Below are positions 1-10,678 of a stretch of 64,000 nt of DNA, in pieces. Within the stretch, counting starts at the first letter, position 1; the number at the start of each line of letters is the position of its first letter. Origin of the DNA: Candidatus Bathyarchaeota archaeon (GTDB lineage Archaea > Thermoproteota > Bathyarchaeia > 40CM-2-53-6); NCBI GenBank assembly GCA_963733055.1, contig CAVTBR010000001.1, positions 768,001-832,000 of the forward strand. The letters are read 5' to 3'. The translations under genes and the position numbers were made by a program. The notes beneath the pieces were generated by a model. That model was not told the origin of the DNA. It saw only the letters and a list, made by a program, of their open reading frames with translations, and made no database searches.

Positions 1-1025
1 CTCTACGGCTATTTCATCTCCGTTTCTTGAAATGACCACCTCTCGTGAACTGGTCACATAACCGACTCGTTTCGCGGCCGGCAGTATTGCATTGACTCGT
101 TTCTCCATTTTCCTGGAGCAAACGATTAGGAAGCCTGTTCCCATGTTGAACGTACGGTACATTTCATGATCGGAAACTTTCCCCCGCGCTTGAATCTCCT
201 GGAAGATCCTTTGGGGTTTCGGGAGGCTGTCCAGGTGAAAACCGACTCTGCCTCTTAACCCGATTCGGTTAAGCTTAGTGTATCCCCCTCCCGTTATGTG
301 GGCCAAAGCGTGTACTTGCACACGTAATTTGAGGAGTTTCGAAACATGTTTTACGTAGATTCGAGTTGGCGTCAACAATTCTCTCGCTATCTCATTGCTG
401 GCTCTGTGGGAGAGGAGGAGTTTCCTCGCCAAGGTTACGCCATTACTGTGTATACCGCTACTTCGCAGTCCGAGAACGACGTCCCCTGGTTCGGCTTCCT
501 CTCCCGTGATAATCCTGTCCTTTCTTACGATGCCGATCACAGTTGCTGATAGGTCGAAGTTACGAACCAGGTCTGGGACGATTGCAGTTTCGCCGGAAAC
601 AATTGCCACCTCAGCCTCCAATGCCCCCTTTTGCAAGCCCCTCATGATCTCGGAAACGACTTTAGGTCGTGACTTTTCGAGCGCTAGATAATCCACCAAG
701 GCTAGCGGTTCAGCACCCAGACAGATTATGTCGTTGACGTTCATGGCAACACAGTCGATTCCGATTGTATCGTACTTTCGGCACATTTCGGCTACGAGAG
801 TTTTCGTTCCGACACCATCGGTATGCATGGCTAGCGCGTAGTCTTCACTTATTTCTATCAAACCAGCGTAATGCTGCCTTATGCCTAGAAACGCGGCCCC
901 GTTTACTTTCCCTAGTTCGGAACGTTTTTGAAAGAATCCGTTCGATACTTCCGTGAATCTTTGAAACTTCGGTTATGTCAACGCCCGCTTGAGCATAGGT
1001 ATGAACCGACGGTGCACACCCTCAT
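1..1025 (-). CDS. purM: Phosphoribosylformylglycinamidine cyclo-ligase (AIR synthetase); runs off the window; 1-bp frameshift near 895-900; start uncertain
   Basis: Manual translation: TYAQAGVD..., then after a +1 shift HYAGLIEI...MHTDGVGTK...[26 protein letters not shown]; absent from the ORF track. Confidence 0.9.
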
Positions 1026-1435
1026 TTGGGGACATCAAGAATTCTCTTAGCCAATCGAGCCGCGTTTTCAGCCCCATCGATCCCAACGGCGCATACAGGG
1101 ACTCCGCGAGGCATTTGAACAATCGAGAGAAGCGAATCCAGGCCCCCCAACGCCTTGTTAATTGGAACTCCTATTACAGGGCGCTGGGTACGCGACGCTA
1201 TGTAGCCGGGTAGGTGCGCGGCGAGACCGGCGATGGCTATGAAGACCTTCGCGTTGCAGGATGCAATGTATGCATCTAACTGCTCATGATTCCTATGGGC
1301 TGATAGCACCTGCGTCTCGTGAGTTACGTTGAGTGAGTCAAGCGTTTGCTCGGCCTGTTTTGCGAACTCCAGATCGCTCTTTGAGCCTACTACGATGGAA
1401 ACTGCGGCATCAACCATTGTTAATCTCTCAATCAC
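1022..1435 (-). CDS. purE: AIR carboxylase / N5-CAIR mutase
   Basis: [39 protein letters not shown] motifs. Confidence 0.95.
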   Translation of the reverse strand: MIERLTMVDAAVSIVVGSKSDLEFAKQAEQTLDSLNVTHETQVLSAHRNHEQLDAYIASCNAKVFIAIAGLAAHLPGYIASRTQRPVIGVPINKALGGLDSLLSIVQMPRGVPVCAVGIDGAENAARLAKRILDVPK

Positions 1436-2187
1436 ACTGACGATTCGAGGAACTGCAGCCTTCTCGCTTGATCGGCCTCATAATCAACAAAGGCTTTCTG
1501 CCTTTCATTCCACTGAAACTCCCAATCTGCCCCACAATCTATGACAACCTTACCGTTCTTGACCTCTGCCCGTCCGTCTACATGCAGTTGAATCGCTTTT
1601 GAGTAAGTTAGGTGTTCGAGATCCAATACTCGACTCGCCAGGATGCCAACAGTATCTCTTGGCTTAATCGCCAATGCAGCTTGAAGGATTACGGGACCAC
1701 CGTCCACGCTCGCATCAACATAATGGACCGTGCACCCTGATTGTTTCTCGCCAGATTGTAGAACTGCTGCGTGCACGCGCTCCCCAAACATTCCGCGTCC
1801 ACCAAACTTTACCAAATCCAAAGCAGGGTGTATGTTCATTATTGCATCGCTGTATGCCTGCACAATCTTTGGCCCAAGAACCTGCATAAACCCAGCAAGC
1901 ACAATGAGATCGATTTCTCGTTCCTTTAGAAGCTCAATGGTGTTGTCGTCGAAATTGTTTCGCGCTTTCTCCTTTTCATGTTTGTCCGCGAACTTCCTCC
2001 CATACACGCCTTCTACGAAGACGGACGCGATCGAGTTGTCTCGAGCAATTCTAGCCGCGGGAGCGGTCTCATCATTCGTGACGAGCAAACCAATCTCGAC
2101 ATTTTTTAGAATACCGAGCCTGGCATGGTCGAGAATGGCTCGGAAGTTTGAGCCTCGGCCAGAAGCGAATACTGCCATGCTTTTCAT
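1432..2187 (-). CDS. purN: Phosphoribosylglycinamide formyltransferase (folate-dependent)
   Basis: [36 protein letters not shown]. Confidence 0.95.
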   Translation of the reverse strand: MKSMAVFASGRGSNFRAILDHARLGILKNVEIGLLVTNDETAPAARIARDNSIASVFVEGVYGRKFADKHEKEKARNNFDDNTIELLKEREIDLIVLAGFMQVLGPKIVQAYSDAIMNIHPALDLVKFGGRGMFGERVHAAVLQSGEKQSGCTVHYVDASVDGGPVILQAALAIKPRDTVGILASRVLDLEHLTYSKAIQLHVDGRAEVKNGKVVIDCGADWEFQWNERQKAFVDYEADQARRLQFLESSV

Positions 2188-3578
2188 GCCATACCCACCG
2201 ATATAGGCGACGTTGTCAACTTTTCGCCAGAGCGAATTGATTTCATGTGCTCAATCCGCTTCCGAATTAGAGATGTGGTCCCTATATCCGCGCGGTGCCT
2301 CAATGGACCCTTAACTTGGGCGGTAGCTTTCTCCGCGATCCTCTCGGCGACGTCTATTGTGTCCGCGATCCCAGTGACTGCGACCGTTCTTGAGGCGGTC
2401 GTCAAAACATTGCCGCCTCTGAGGTTTACGCTCGCGTAGAAATATCCGGCACCCAGTCGCAGCAAGGCTTCCTCGTCAACAAAAATTGGTTGACCGATTC
2501 TCTCGTCATGAGGGTATCCTTTTGGCACGAGGTATTTGCAGACGGATGCCTTGGGTAGGTAAGGGAGGTATTTCGTCTTCAGCGTACCGGCGGCGATTCG
2601 CTCACAGACTTCCAAGAAATCCACTTCCTCCGAGAGCAAGGAGAGCACATTCAATGCTTCAGGGTCGCCAAACCGGCAGTTGAACTCGATAAGCTTCGGG
2701 CTTGGTTTGTCTTCCTCGAAGCCTTTCGCTATCATGAATTGTCCATAGAGAACGCCTTTGTACTCTTCCCCTGTCTCGACTTTCAATGCGTTAACTACAT
2801 CGTTCATTATTCGGGTGCTTATCTCAAGATCTGCCTCGTACATGAATGGAAGCAAGTGGTCCCGGTCACTGTAACTTCCCATGCCACCGGTGTTTGGCCC
2901 AGAATCATTCTCGTAAGCCCGCTTATGGTCTTGAACGAGGGGCATCGCGTAGACGCCTCGGCCGTCAACGAAAGCTTGAAGTGAGTACTCTTCCCCGTCT
3001 AATCTTTCTTCGACCAGTACTTCATTGCCCCCACCAATCTTGGTCCGAAAGACATCTCTGACATAGGCCAATTCAGATTCCTTGGTTGGAAGGTCTACCC
3101 CCGAGAGTTTGACACCCTTACCTCCCGTCAGACCGGTTGGTTTGATTGCGACAGGCCCAGCGTTCTTCAGGAAATCTTCCGCCGAATTGACATCCGTAAA
3201 CACTCGAAAGATTGGATTTCCAGGAATTTGATATTTGTCTAGAAGCTTTCTGCAGAATACCTTGTCTCCCTCCAAAGAGGCTAGTTTTCGAACTGGCCCA
3301 ACGCATCTCACGCCGAGTTCGCTAAGCTTGTCAACTACCGCATTGACAAGTGATGCTTCGGGGCCTACGACCGCTAACTCTACTCGTACAAGTTTCGCGT
3401 AGTTCGCAACGGCGTAAGGATCGGTAATTTCCATCACCGATGCATTCTCAGCCAGTTTCATTATGCCCGGATTCTTGGAACTCATTGCTGCGTAGAGCTT
3501 AACTTGACCCGTCTTGACGAGCGCGCAAGCTAACGCATGCTCCCTAGCACCGGAGCCTACAAGAAGGACCCGTGTCAA
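2184..3578 (-). CDS. purD: Phosphoribosylamine-glycine ligase
   Basis: GSGAREHAL, VGPE, QDHKRAYENDSGPNTGGMGSYS, EFNCRFGDPE. Confidence 0.97.
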   Translation of the reverse strand: MTRVLLVGSGAREHALACALVKTGQVKLYAAMSSKNPGIMKLAENASVMEITDPYAVANYAKLVRVELAVVGPEASLVNAVVDKLSELGVRCVGPVRKLASLEGDKVFCRKLLDKYQIPGNPIFRVFTDVNSAEDFLKNAGPVAIKPTGLTGGKGVKLSGVDLPTKESELAYVRDVFRTKIGGGNEVLVEERLDGEEYSLQAFVDGRGVYAMPLVQDHKRAYENDSGPNTGGMGSYSDRDHLLPFMYEADLEISTRIMNDVVNALKVETGEEYKGVLYGQFMIAKGFEEDKPSPKLIEFNCRFGDPEALNVLSLLSEEVDFLEVCERIAAGTLKTKYLPYLPKASVCKYLVPKGYPHDERIGQPIFVDEEALLRLGAGYFYASVNLRGGNVLTTASRTVAVTGIADTIDVAERIAEKATAQVKGPLRHRADIGTTSLIRKRIEHMKSIRSGEKLTTSPISVGMA

Positions 3579-3589
3579 TTCACGGCTTC

Positions 3590-5041
3590 CTAATACTTGA
3601 TGTTCTGGTTCTCGGGCTTAGCCCACATCTCATCCGCAATTTTCTGTGCGAGTGGGGTAGGGTACACTCCAGTTAGGCATGCTAAGCACGTCTCTCGCTT
3701 AGGTAGACCGATTGCTTCTAGGAGGCCATCGATGGTCTGGTAGCAGAGCTCGTCGGCCCCCACAGCTCTTCTGATTTGCTCAACGGTTTTTGAAGACGCA
3801 ATGAGTTCCGAGTGAGTAGACATATCGATTCCGTAGAAACAGGCTGATTTCACTGGGGGGCACGTGACCCATACGTCGACGCGGTTTGCTCCGGCTTCTC
3901 TGAGAAGGGTGACAATCTTCTTCATAGTAGTTCCGCGAACAATGCTGTCGTCCACTAACAGCACATTCTTACCCTCGACCACGGCGCGGACGGCGTTTAG
4001 CTTCAGTCGAACTGCGTTATCCCTTCCCTCCTGGTGTGGCATTATGAACGTCCGTCCCACGTACCGATTCTTGATCAGCCCCTCGAAGACTGGTACTCCT
4101 GTCTCTTGTGAGATACCTTCGGCTGCGGGACGGGCTGTATCGGGAACAGGGACAATTACGTCTGCGTGCGTCCTGTATTTGCGTGCTAAATTTCGACCGA
4201 GTTTAACCCTGACCGAGTATACGTCCTTTCCATCAATGATGGAGTCAGGCCGGCTGAAGTACACGTATTCAAACATGCATTTGGCGTGATTGTTTTGTGA
4301 CCTCAGTTGCGTTCGAACCAGTTTCTCATTTTCACGTGCAATGACCATTTCGCCAGGATTCACGTCCCAATACTCGTGTATGCCGTTTATGTCAAGGGCA
4401 ACGCTCTCCGACGCGAACATGAACAAACCATTCTTTTCCCCGAAACAAAGTGGCCGAAAACCGTTGGGGTCTCTAAACGCGACCAGCTCCCCATTCCCCG
4501 TCAAGACGACGACGGAATAGGCACCCTCAAACTTTGCCACGCAATTTCGAACTGCCTTCTCCAGGTCTCCACCATCGGAGAGTTCGTTTGCGAGAGCCTT
4601 GACCATGACCTCAGCGTCGCAAGTGGCAGACAGGAATGTTCCATTTGATCGGAACTCGGTGCAAAGTTGCGGGAAGTTGACTAGGTTGCCGTTGTGGCAC
4701 AGGGCAATGCCTCCTTTCGGACGGTCCGAGAAGTAAGGCTGAGCAAAATCCTCAATCTTCTGCGGATCAGCCAATGTTTCCGCGTTCGCCGGTTGACCAA
4801 CAGTCGAATATCTTACATGTCCTATTCCCAGATTTCCTTTGAGGCCGTCGAATGCGTCGGCGCTATCTATCAGTCCCAGTTGCTTCCGGTGATAGAATCG
4901 AGTCTTATCGAGCGTGTAAATTCCAAAAGCTTCCTGTCCGCGATGCTGCAGTGCAAGGAGTCCAAGCCAAAGGTTACGCGTAACATTTTCTCCGTTGCTA
5001 ACGGCTCCTACAACCCCACAGCTTTCTTTTACTTCTGCCAA
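3590..5041 (-). CDS. purF: Amidophosphoribosyltransferase
   Basis: N-terminal CG, LQHRGQE, GHVRYST, HNGNL, CMFEYVYFSRPDS, VDDSIVRGTT. Confidence 0.97.
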   Translation of the reverse strand: MAEVKESCGVVGAVSNGENVTRNLWLGLLALQHRGQEAFGIYTLDKTRFYHRKQLGLIDSADAFDGLKGNLGIGHVRYSTVGQPANAETLADPQKIEDFAQPYFSDRPKGGIALCHNGNLVNFPQLCTEFRSNGTFLSATCDAEVMVKALANELSDGGDLEKAVRNCVAKFEGAYSVVVLTGNGELVAFRDPNGFRPLCFGEKNGLFMFASESVALDINGIHEYWDVNPGEMVIARENEKLVRTQLRSQNNHAKCMFEYVYFSRPDSIIDGKDVYSVRVKLGRNLARKYRTHADVIVPVPDTARPAAEGISQETGVPVFEGLIKNRYVGRTFIMPHQEGRDNAVRLKLNAVRAVVEGKNVLLVDDSIVRGTTMKKIVTLLREAGANRVDVWVTCPPVKSACFYGIDMSTHSELIASSKTVEQIRRAVGADELCYQTIDGLLEAIGLPKRETCLACLTGVYPTPLAQKIADEMWAKPENQNIKY

Positions 5042-7236
5042 GGCTCCAAGATCTCCTGCAGAGAATTTGAGTACCTAGTTTTCAGCGCATCAACCTGAAA
5101 TTCTAGATTAGTCGACTTGAGATTGATTCTCAGCGAACCGCCTTCCACTGTCCCCACCGCCGCGGCCGGAACTTTCTTGCTTGAAAGCGACTCCAAGACT
5201 TGCTCAGAATTGTTTGAAGTCAGGATGAACCTTGAATTGGATTCGGAGAATAGCAACCCCTCATCACTTAGGCCAAAAACTGCAGGCGCGTTCCCTAGAT
5301 CTAGGGACACGCCCTTGGCACTTTGAATTGCCATTTCTGCTATGCCAATCCCCAATCCTCCCTTCGAGCAGTCATGGCAAGCTGAAACGAGACCTTGTCT
5401 TATACATTCCAAAACCGCTTTCTGCGTCCTGCCTTCAAGTTGAAAATCGAGTGCAGGTGGCACATTTCCCTTGAGCCCACGTGAGTTGTAGTATTCTGAG
5501 CCGCCCAGCTCTTGTTTCGTCTCTCCAATCACGATTATCGTTTCGTGATTGTTCTTGAATCCGGTTCTTGTGACATGTTCAATCCTATCGACCAATCCGA
5601 GCGCTGTTATGACTGGTGAGGAGTTGATTGCCCTCCGGGTTTCTTCGTCCTGGTTGTAGAAACTGACTTTGCCCCCAACGCAAGGTAGGGCTAGAGATCG
5701 GGCAAGGTAGGCTATGCCCTTAACGGCCATCGAAAATGCCCAGAAGATTTCCTCATCGTTCGGATCACCAAACTGGCAATGGTCTAGGAAAGCTATTGGT
5801 TCAGCACCAACAGCAACGATGTTGCGGCAACATTCCGCGAGAACGCTAGCAGCCCCAACGTAGGGGTCTAAGTCGCAGAACCGTGAATTTCCATCCACTT
5901 TGATGGCGGCTAGTTTTCCGTTGGGCAGCTTCAAGACGGCAGCGTCTGCCGTTCCCGGTTTGGCTACGGTTCTGATTCCAACTTCGTGATCGTACTGCTG
6001 GAAAACCCATTCCTTGCTCGCAATGGCTGGAAAAGCTAAGAGATCCCAGAACGCTCTCTCAAGATCCTTAGAGCCTTGAGGTTCTCGTTCCAGCTTTCGC
6101 ACTTGGGGCATTCTGGCCTTTCTGTTAATTGTGGGCGCGTTTGCGAGAAACTTCGTTGGAAGGTTCGCGATCAGTTCTCCGGAGCGGACGATGGCTATGT
6201 TGCCGCCGGTTGTGACTTCGGCAATGCAGGCGCAGGGTACTCCATACTTGCCCATGACTTCGCTAAGGGCTCCCTCCGATCCTTGTTTGGTTACGAGGAG
6301 CATTCGCTCTTGCGATTCTGAGATCATTACCTCCATAGGATCCATATCCAATTCTCTGACGAGTATCTTCTCTAAGTGGACCTCCAACCCCGTCCCACCT
6401 TTGTCGGCTATCTCAGCGAGTCCTGTAGCTAGGCCCCCGCCTCCCAGATCTTTGCACCCTCTGAGAAGTCCCCTACGACTCGCCTCGAGCGTTGCTTCGA
6501 TGATCAGTTTCTTGGTAAATGGGTCCGGGATTTGAACGGCAGACCTTTCCTTTTCCGAATTGATTCCGAGGGTTCTTGACGCAAACGTGGACCCATGGAT
6601 TCCGTCTCGCCCCGTTGAACCACCAACGAGATAGACGCTGTCTCCGGGACGGTTTGCTTTGGCTAGTAGTAGCTCCTCTTTCTTGCCTACGCCGAGACAG
6701 GCAACATCAACGAGGCAGTTACGTTCGAAGCATTCATCGAATTCGAGCTCCCCCGCTACAGTTGGGATGCCTACGCAGTTACCGTAGTCTGCGATACCTC
6801 GAACTACGTTTTTCATAATCCATTTCGAATGTTCACTTCGGATTATGTCACCGAACTTCAAGGCATCAAGGAGAGCAATTGGTGTTGTCCCCATGCAGAG
6901 TATGTCGCGAATGACTCCGCCTATGCCTGTGGCAGCGCCCCCATACGGGTCAACAGCGCTGGGGTGATTGTGACTTTCAATATGCATTGAGAGAACATAG
7001 CCATCCCCAATGTCCACGACGCCTGAGTCGTATCCTGGACCTAACACTACGCGTTGCCCGCTCGTTGGGAGCTGCGAGAGCAGTGGTTTGGATGATTTGT
7101 AGCTGCAGTGCTCACTCCACTCAGCATCAATCATCGCCCACTCAAGCGCATTCGGTTCCCTACCGAGCGTTCTACGCGCGCACACAACCTCATCAGGTGT
7201 GAGTGTATTTTCAACTTCGACTAACACTTGCTCCAC
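5029..7236 (-). CDS. purL: FGAM synthase subunit PurL
   Basis: WSEHCSYKSS, ESHNHPS, GAATGIGG, SESQERM, QQYDHEVG. Confidence 0.97.
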   Translation of the reverse strand: MEQVLVEVENTLTPDEVVCARRTLGREPNALEWAMIDAEWSEHCSYKSSKPLLSQLPTSGQRVVLGPGYDSGVVDIGDGYVLSMHIESHNHPSAVDPYGGAATGIGGVIRDILCMGTTPIALLDALKFGDIIRSEHSKWIMKNVVRGIADYGNCVGIPTVAGELEFDECFERNCLVDVACLGVGKKEELLLAKANRPGDSVYLVGGSTGRDGIHGSTFASRTLGINSEKERSAVQIPDPFTKKLIIEATLEASRRGLLRGCKDLGGGGLATGLAEIADKGGTGLEVHLEKILVRELDMDPMEVMISESQERMLLVTKQGSEGALSEVMGKYGVPCACIAEVTTGGNIAIVRSGELIANLPTKFLANAPTINRKARMPQVRKLEREPQGSKDLERAFWDLLAFPAIASKEWVFQQYDHEVGIRTVAKPGTADAAVLKLPNGKLAAIKVDGNSRFCDLDPYVGAASVLAECCRNIVAVGAEPIAFLDHCQFGDPNDEEIFWAFSMAVKGIAYLARSLALPCVGGKVSFYNQDEETRRAINSSPVITALGLVDRIEHVTRTGFKNNHETIIVIGETKQELGGSEYYNSRGLKGNVPPALDFQLEGRTQKAVLECIRQGLVSACHDCSKGGLGIGIAEMAIQSAKGVSLDLGNAPAVFGLSDEGLLFSESNSRFILTSNNSEQVLESLSSKKVPAAAVGTVEGGSLRINLKSTNLEFQVDALKTRYSNSLQEILEPWQK

Positions 7237-7889
7237 TCCACCATCGATTCGAACACCTTCAACCCATCTGTCCCACCCAACGCTGAGTCACTCGCCCTCT
7301 CGGGGTGGGGCATCATGCCGACAACGTTTCCAACCTCGTTAGAGATGGCAACTATTCCTCGCGCGGTTCCAGTGGGGTTTTCCTCAGCGTAGCTCATTAC
7401 GACCCTACCATCCGCCGTCAAGGTGTCTAGAACTGTATCATCAGCATAGAAGCGCCCTTCATTGTGTGCTATGGGCATGCTGATTCTGGACTCACTTTCG
7501 AACGCGCAACTGAAAGCCGATCGAATGTTCCTCAGTTGTAAGTTCGTCCATTTGCAAACGAATTTCAGTGAAGAATTGCGAAGAAGCACACCTGGAAGGA
7601 GTCCGGCCTCGACAAGAATTTGGAAACCATTACAAATTCCCAGAACAGGTCTCTCATCATGAGCGATCTTTCGTATACCCTCCAGGGCTGAAGAATGCGC
7701 GGCGATCACACCCGCGCGCAGATGATCACCGAAACTAAAGCCGCCAGGGAGAATAACCGCATCATATGACCGACCGTCAAAGTAGTTATGCCAGACAAGC
7801 TCGGTATCAATCCTAAGAGTATCGTTGAGGACGTGGACGGTATCGCGATCACAGTTGCTTCCTGGAAACTGGATGACCGCTACGTGCAA
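7221..7889 (-). CDS. purQ: FGAM synthase glutaminase subunit
   Basis: FPGSNCD, PGGFSFGD, GICNGFQIL, GMMPHPER. Confidence 0.97.
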   Translation of the reverse strand: MHVAVIQFPGSNCDRDTVHVLNDTLRIDTELVWHNYFDGRSYDAVILPGGFSFGDHLRAGVIAAHSSALEGIRKIAHDERPVLGICNGFQILVEAGLLPGVLLRNSSLKFVCKWTNLQLRNIRSAFSCAFESESRISMPIAHNEGRFYADDTVLDTLTADGRVVMSYAEENPTGTARGIVAISNEVGNVVGMMPHPERASDSALGGTDGLKVFESMVEWSKC

Positions 7890-7891
7890 GT

Positions 7892-8152
7892 CTACGCACT
7901 AGACCTGACGGTTATTGAGTGTGCGGCGGGATTGTAAAGCCTGAGATCATTGCACATGCGGAGAGCTTCGTCTCTCGCTTCGGCTTCGCTTGATGCTTCG
8001 ATTCTTACGGTCAACAGTTTTCCGGTTCGGACTTCCTTCACGCGTCGGAGACCCTTCTTGTAAATCAGATCCCTGGTTATGGTTTCTCCCTCTGGATCTC
8101 GGGCCTGCGGCTTGTTCGAGATGATTATTTCAACTGAGAAAGTTGGATCCAC
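7892..8152 (-). CDS. purS: FGAM synthase subunit PurS
   Basis: DPEG, EVRTGK, LYNP motifs; 86 aa; between purC and purQ. Confidence 0.92.
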   Translation of the reverse strand: MDPTFSVEIIISNKPQARDPEGETITRDLIYKKGLRRVKEVRTGKLLTVRIEASSEAEARDEALRMCNDLRLYNPAAHSITVRSSA

Positions 8153-8858
8153 TACAAACCCTCCTTAGCGGCTCGGCATAACCGAGTTCGAAAACTTGGG
8201 AGAGGCCCTTTCGAAACCTGTCTTTATCTAGGATTTCCTTTGTTTCCTTGTCCCAGAGCCTCCAAGAGTCTGGGCTTAGTTCATCACCGATCAACAGATT
8301 TCCGTGAGCGTCGCGGCCGAACTCAAGTTTGAAGTCTACAAGAATCGCATTGCGATCGTCGAAGAACTTCTCCAATAAGGCGGCGGCCTTTACCGCGGTC
8401 TGTTTCATTTGTTCTATCTCTTCGTCGTTGGCGAGCTGTAGAAGCATTAGGTGTTGATCAGTGAGCATTGGGTCGTGCAATGAGTCATCTTTCAAGTAGA
8501 ATTCAACGATAGGAAACGGCAGCTTGTCCCCGTTCTTGAAATGCTTCCCTATCCCAATGAAGTGACCCGCGGCACGGATTCTACAGACAACTTCCACAGG
8601 AATCATTTGTAGCTCCGTGACGAGAAGTCTGTTAGAGTCAACCTGTTTGATGAGGTGGTTTGGAATTTCATGCTTGGTGAAAATTTCGTACAGCTTCGCG
8701 GTGATTGCCGCGTTCACTTTGCCTTTGCCTTGCAGAATGTCGTGCTTTTTTCCGTCGCCTGCGGTGATATCGTCCCTGAAGGTGAGAATAACCTGACCCA
8801 GTTCGCCCGATGCGCTAACGGTCTTTGTCTTGCCCGCGGCAAGCTCCATTATTGCCAT
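8130..8858 (-). CDS. purC: SAICAR synthetase
   Basis: GKTK, DDITAGDG, IPVEVVCR, LVDFKLEFG, DELSPDSWRLWD, DKDRFR. Confidence 0.96.
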   Translation of the reverse strand: MAIMELAAGKTKTVSASGELGQVILTFRDDITAGDGKKHDILQGKGKVNAAITAKLYEIFTKHEIPNHLIKQVDSNRLLVTELQMIPVEVVCRIRAAGHFIGIGKHFKNGDKLPFPIVEFYLKDDSLHDPMLTDQHLMLLQLANDEEIEQMKQTAVKAAALLEKFFDDRNAILVDFKLEFGRDAHGNLLIGDELSPDSWRLWDKETKEILDKDRFRKGLSQVFELGYAEPLRRVCSGSNFLS

Positions 8859-8994
8859 GTTTCGTTAATTAAACGGCATCAGTAAAAATGATTCTTGACT
8901 CATTCGTATCAAGGACGACCCGTCTGTTCCGTTAGAACCTTCCAGATGGCCTTCTTGTTGATAGGCTCCTGTCAATAGTCACTTCCGCTCGGAG

Positions 8995-10590
8995 CTAATG
9001 CGTGAAATGCCTGATCCCGGTGAATTGCATAGCCATCTGGAACTCGTTCGCAGCCTCCACAACCTCTTTGTCGCGGATGGAGCCGCCGGGTTGAATGACC
9101 GCGGTAACTCCAACCTTTGCCATCAAATCAATTGAGTCTCTGAAGGGAAGGAATGCGTCCGAGGCCATGACCGTACCTTTAACATTCAATCCCGCCTCTT
9201 CCGCCTTCATTATCGCGAGTTTACACGAGTCAACCCTGCTCATCTGGCCAGCCCCAACCCCGACAAGCTGCTCAACGGACGCTAGCACAATCGCATTAGA
9301 CTTGACGTACCTGACGAGTTTCCACGCAAAACGAAGCGCTTGACTCTCTTCGCTTGTTGGTTCACGACTGGTCACGGTCTTGAGATTGTGTTCTTCGATC
9401 AAGAGCTCGTCACGATCCTGGTACAAGATGCCTCCATGGATTTTCCTCAACGTTTTTTCCGCTCGCGTACGCGCCTTGTCTAGAGCCTGGATATTCGCAA
9501 TGTCTAGGAGACGGCGATTTTTCTTCGCGGAGAGAACTCTCAAGGCTTCAGGATCGAAACCCGGCGCAAGAACCAATTCGACGAACTTATCGCTGAGTAG
9601 AGTCGCGGTTTGAATGTCCACTGGTCGAGTAAATCCGTATACTCCACCAAACGCCGCGACAGGGTCCGTCTCCAGAGCCCGACGACATGACTCAACGAGT
9701 GTTCCTGCTTTTGCGACGCCGCAAGGGTTTGTGTGTTTGATGATTATCGTTGAGACCGAATCATCCAACGCCCCAATCAGGGCGTAGGCGGCGTCGGCGT
9801 CCAGTATGTTCGTGTAACTCAATTCCTTATCGCCTGTCACCATCCTAGCCGCAGCGATGCAATTCAGAGCTTGTGCGTCTCGATAGACTGCGGCCCTTTG
9901 GTGAGGGTTCTCTCCATATCGCAGGTCTTGGATCTTCTCGAAGCCCATCAGCAACTTGGCAGGTCCAGGCCATTCCGGCCGAATACCCTCCTCGGACGCG
10001 ACCCTCTGAAAGAAGGATGAAATGACCATGTCGTAGGCCGACGTGAGTTCGAATGCTTTCAGCATCAGTCCCAGACGTGTTGCTTCGGAGAGAGACCCCT
10101 CATTATCTTGAAGTTCGGAGAGAATCTTCGCGTAGTCCGTTGGATCGGTAACAACGGCCACGCTGTGGTAATTCTTGGCAGCTGCTCGAATCATCGTCGG
10201 CCCGCCTATGTCGAGATTCTCTAAGGCATGGGGAATGTTCGTCGGTTCTGAGGCCGTTGCTTTTTCAAACGGGTACAGGTTGACCACAACCAGGTCTATA
10301 GGCCGGACACCCAATTTCCGGACGGTTTCCCTGTCCTCTTCAATTCCTCTCCTGTAAAGGAGACCTGCATAGATTTTCGGATGGAGACTCTTAACGCGAC
10401 CATCCAGGATTTCCGGGAACCCAGTATATTCAGCCATCTCCTGAACCGAGATTCCATTTTCGGTGAGTAATTTTGCCGTTCCTCCGGTTGATATCAGTTC
10501 AAAGTCCAAGGCTCGAAGTCCTTTCGCGAATTCCAGAATGTTTGTTTTATCGTAGACACTTAGTACGGCGGTCCTAACTTTCGCGGCCAT
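8995..10590 (-). CDS. purH: Bifunctional AICAR transformylase/IMP cyclohydrolase (bacterial type)
   Basis: LSVYDKT, STGGTA, GRVKSLHP, LRYGENPHQ, KHTNPCG, ASDAFLPF, IQPGGS, RHFTH; start set at ATG of MAAKV. Confidence 0.96.
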   Translation of the reverse strand: MAAKVRTAVLSVYDKTNILEFAKGLRALDFELISTGGTAKLLTENGISVQEMAEYTGFPEILDGRVKSLHPKIYAGLLYRRGIEEDRETVRKLGVRPIDLVVVNLYPFEKATASEPTNIPHALENLDIGGPTMIRAAAKNYHSVAVVTDPTDYAKILSELQDNEGSLSEATRLGLMLKAFELTSAYDMVISSFFQRVASEEGIRPEWPGPAKLLMGFEKIQDLRYGENPHQRAAVYRDAQALNCIAAARMVTGDKELSYTNILDADAAYALIGALDDSVSTIIIKHTNPCGVAKAGTLVESCRRALETDPVAAFGGVYGFTRPVDIQTATLLSDKFVELVLAPGFDPEALRVLSAKKNRRLLDIANIQALDKARTRAEKTLRKIHGGILYQDRDELLIEEHNLKTVTSREPTSEESQALRFAWKLVRYVKSNAIVLASVEQLVGVGAGQMSRVDSCKLAIMKAEEAGLNVKGTVMASDAFLPFRDSIDLMAKVGVTAVIQPGGSIRDKEVVEAANEFQMAMQFTGIRHFTH

Positions 10591-10678
10591 TTCCAATCTC
10601 GACGATGAATTGATTCCTGCGGAACTTAGGTTTTCTTGACGCACCAAATCTGGCTTTAAGATCGCGGATGCTCAGACG

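Noticed and set aside
890-905. Frameshift in purM as programmed frameshift or intron
   Set aside because: One extra base in GGGGCC; spacing to the HYAG motif matches homologs as I recall them; same pattern as the other indels, so probably a sequencing error.
2695-2735. Short insertion in purD with a BHB-like fold
   Set aside because: BHB cut positions would remove 19 nt and break the frame; more likely a natural loop.
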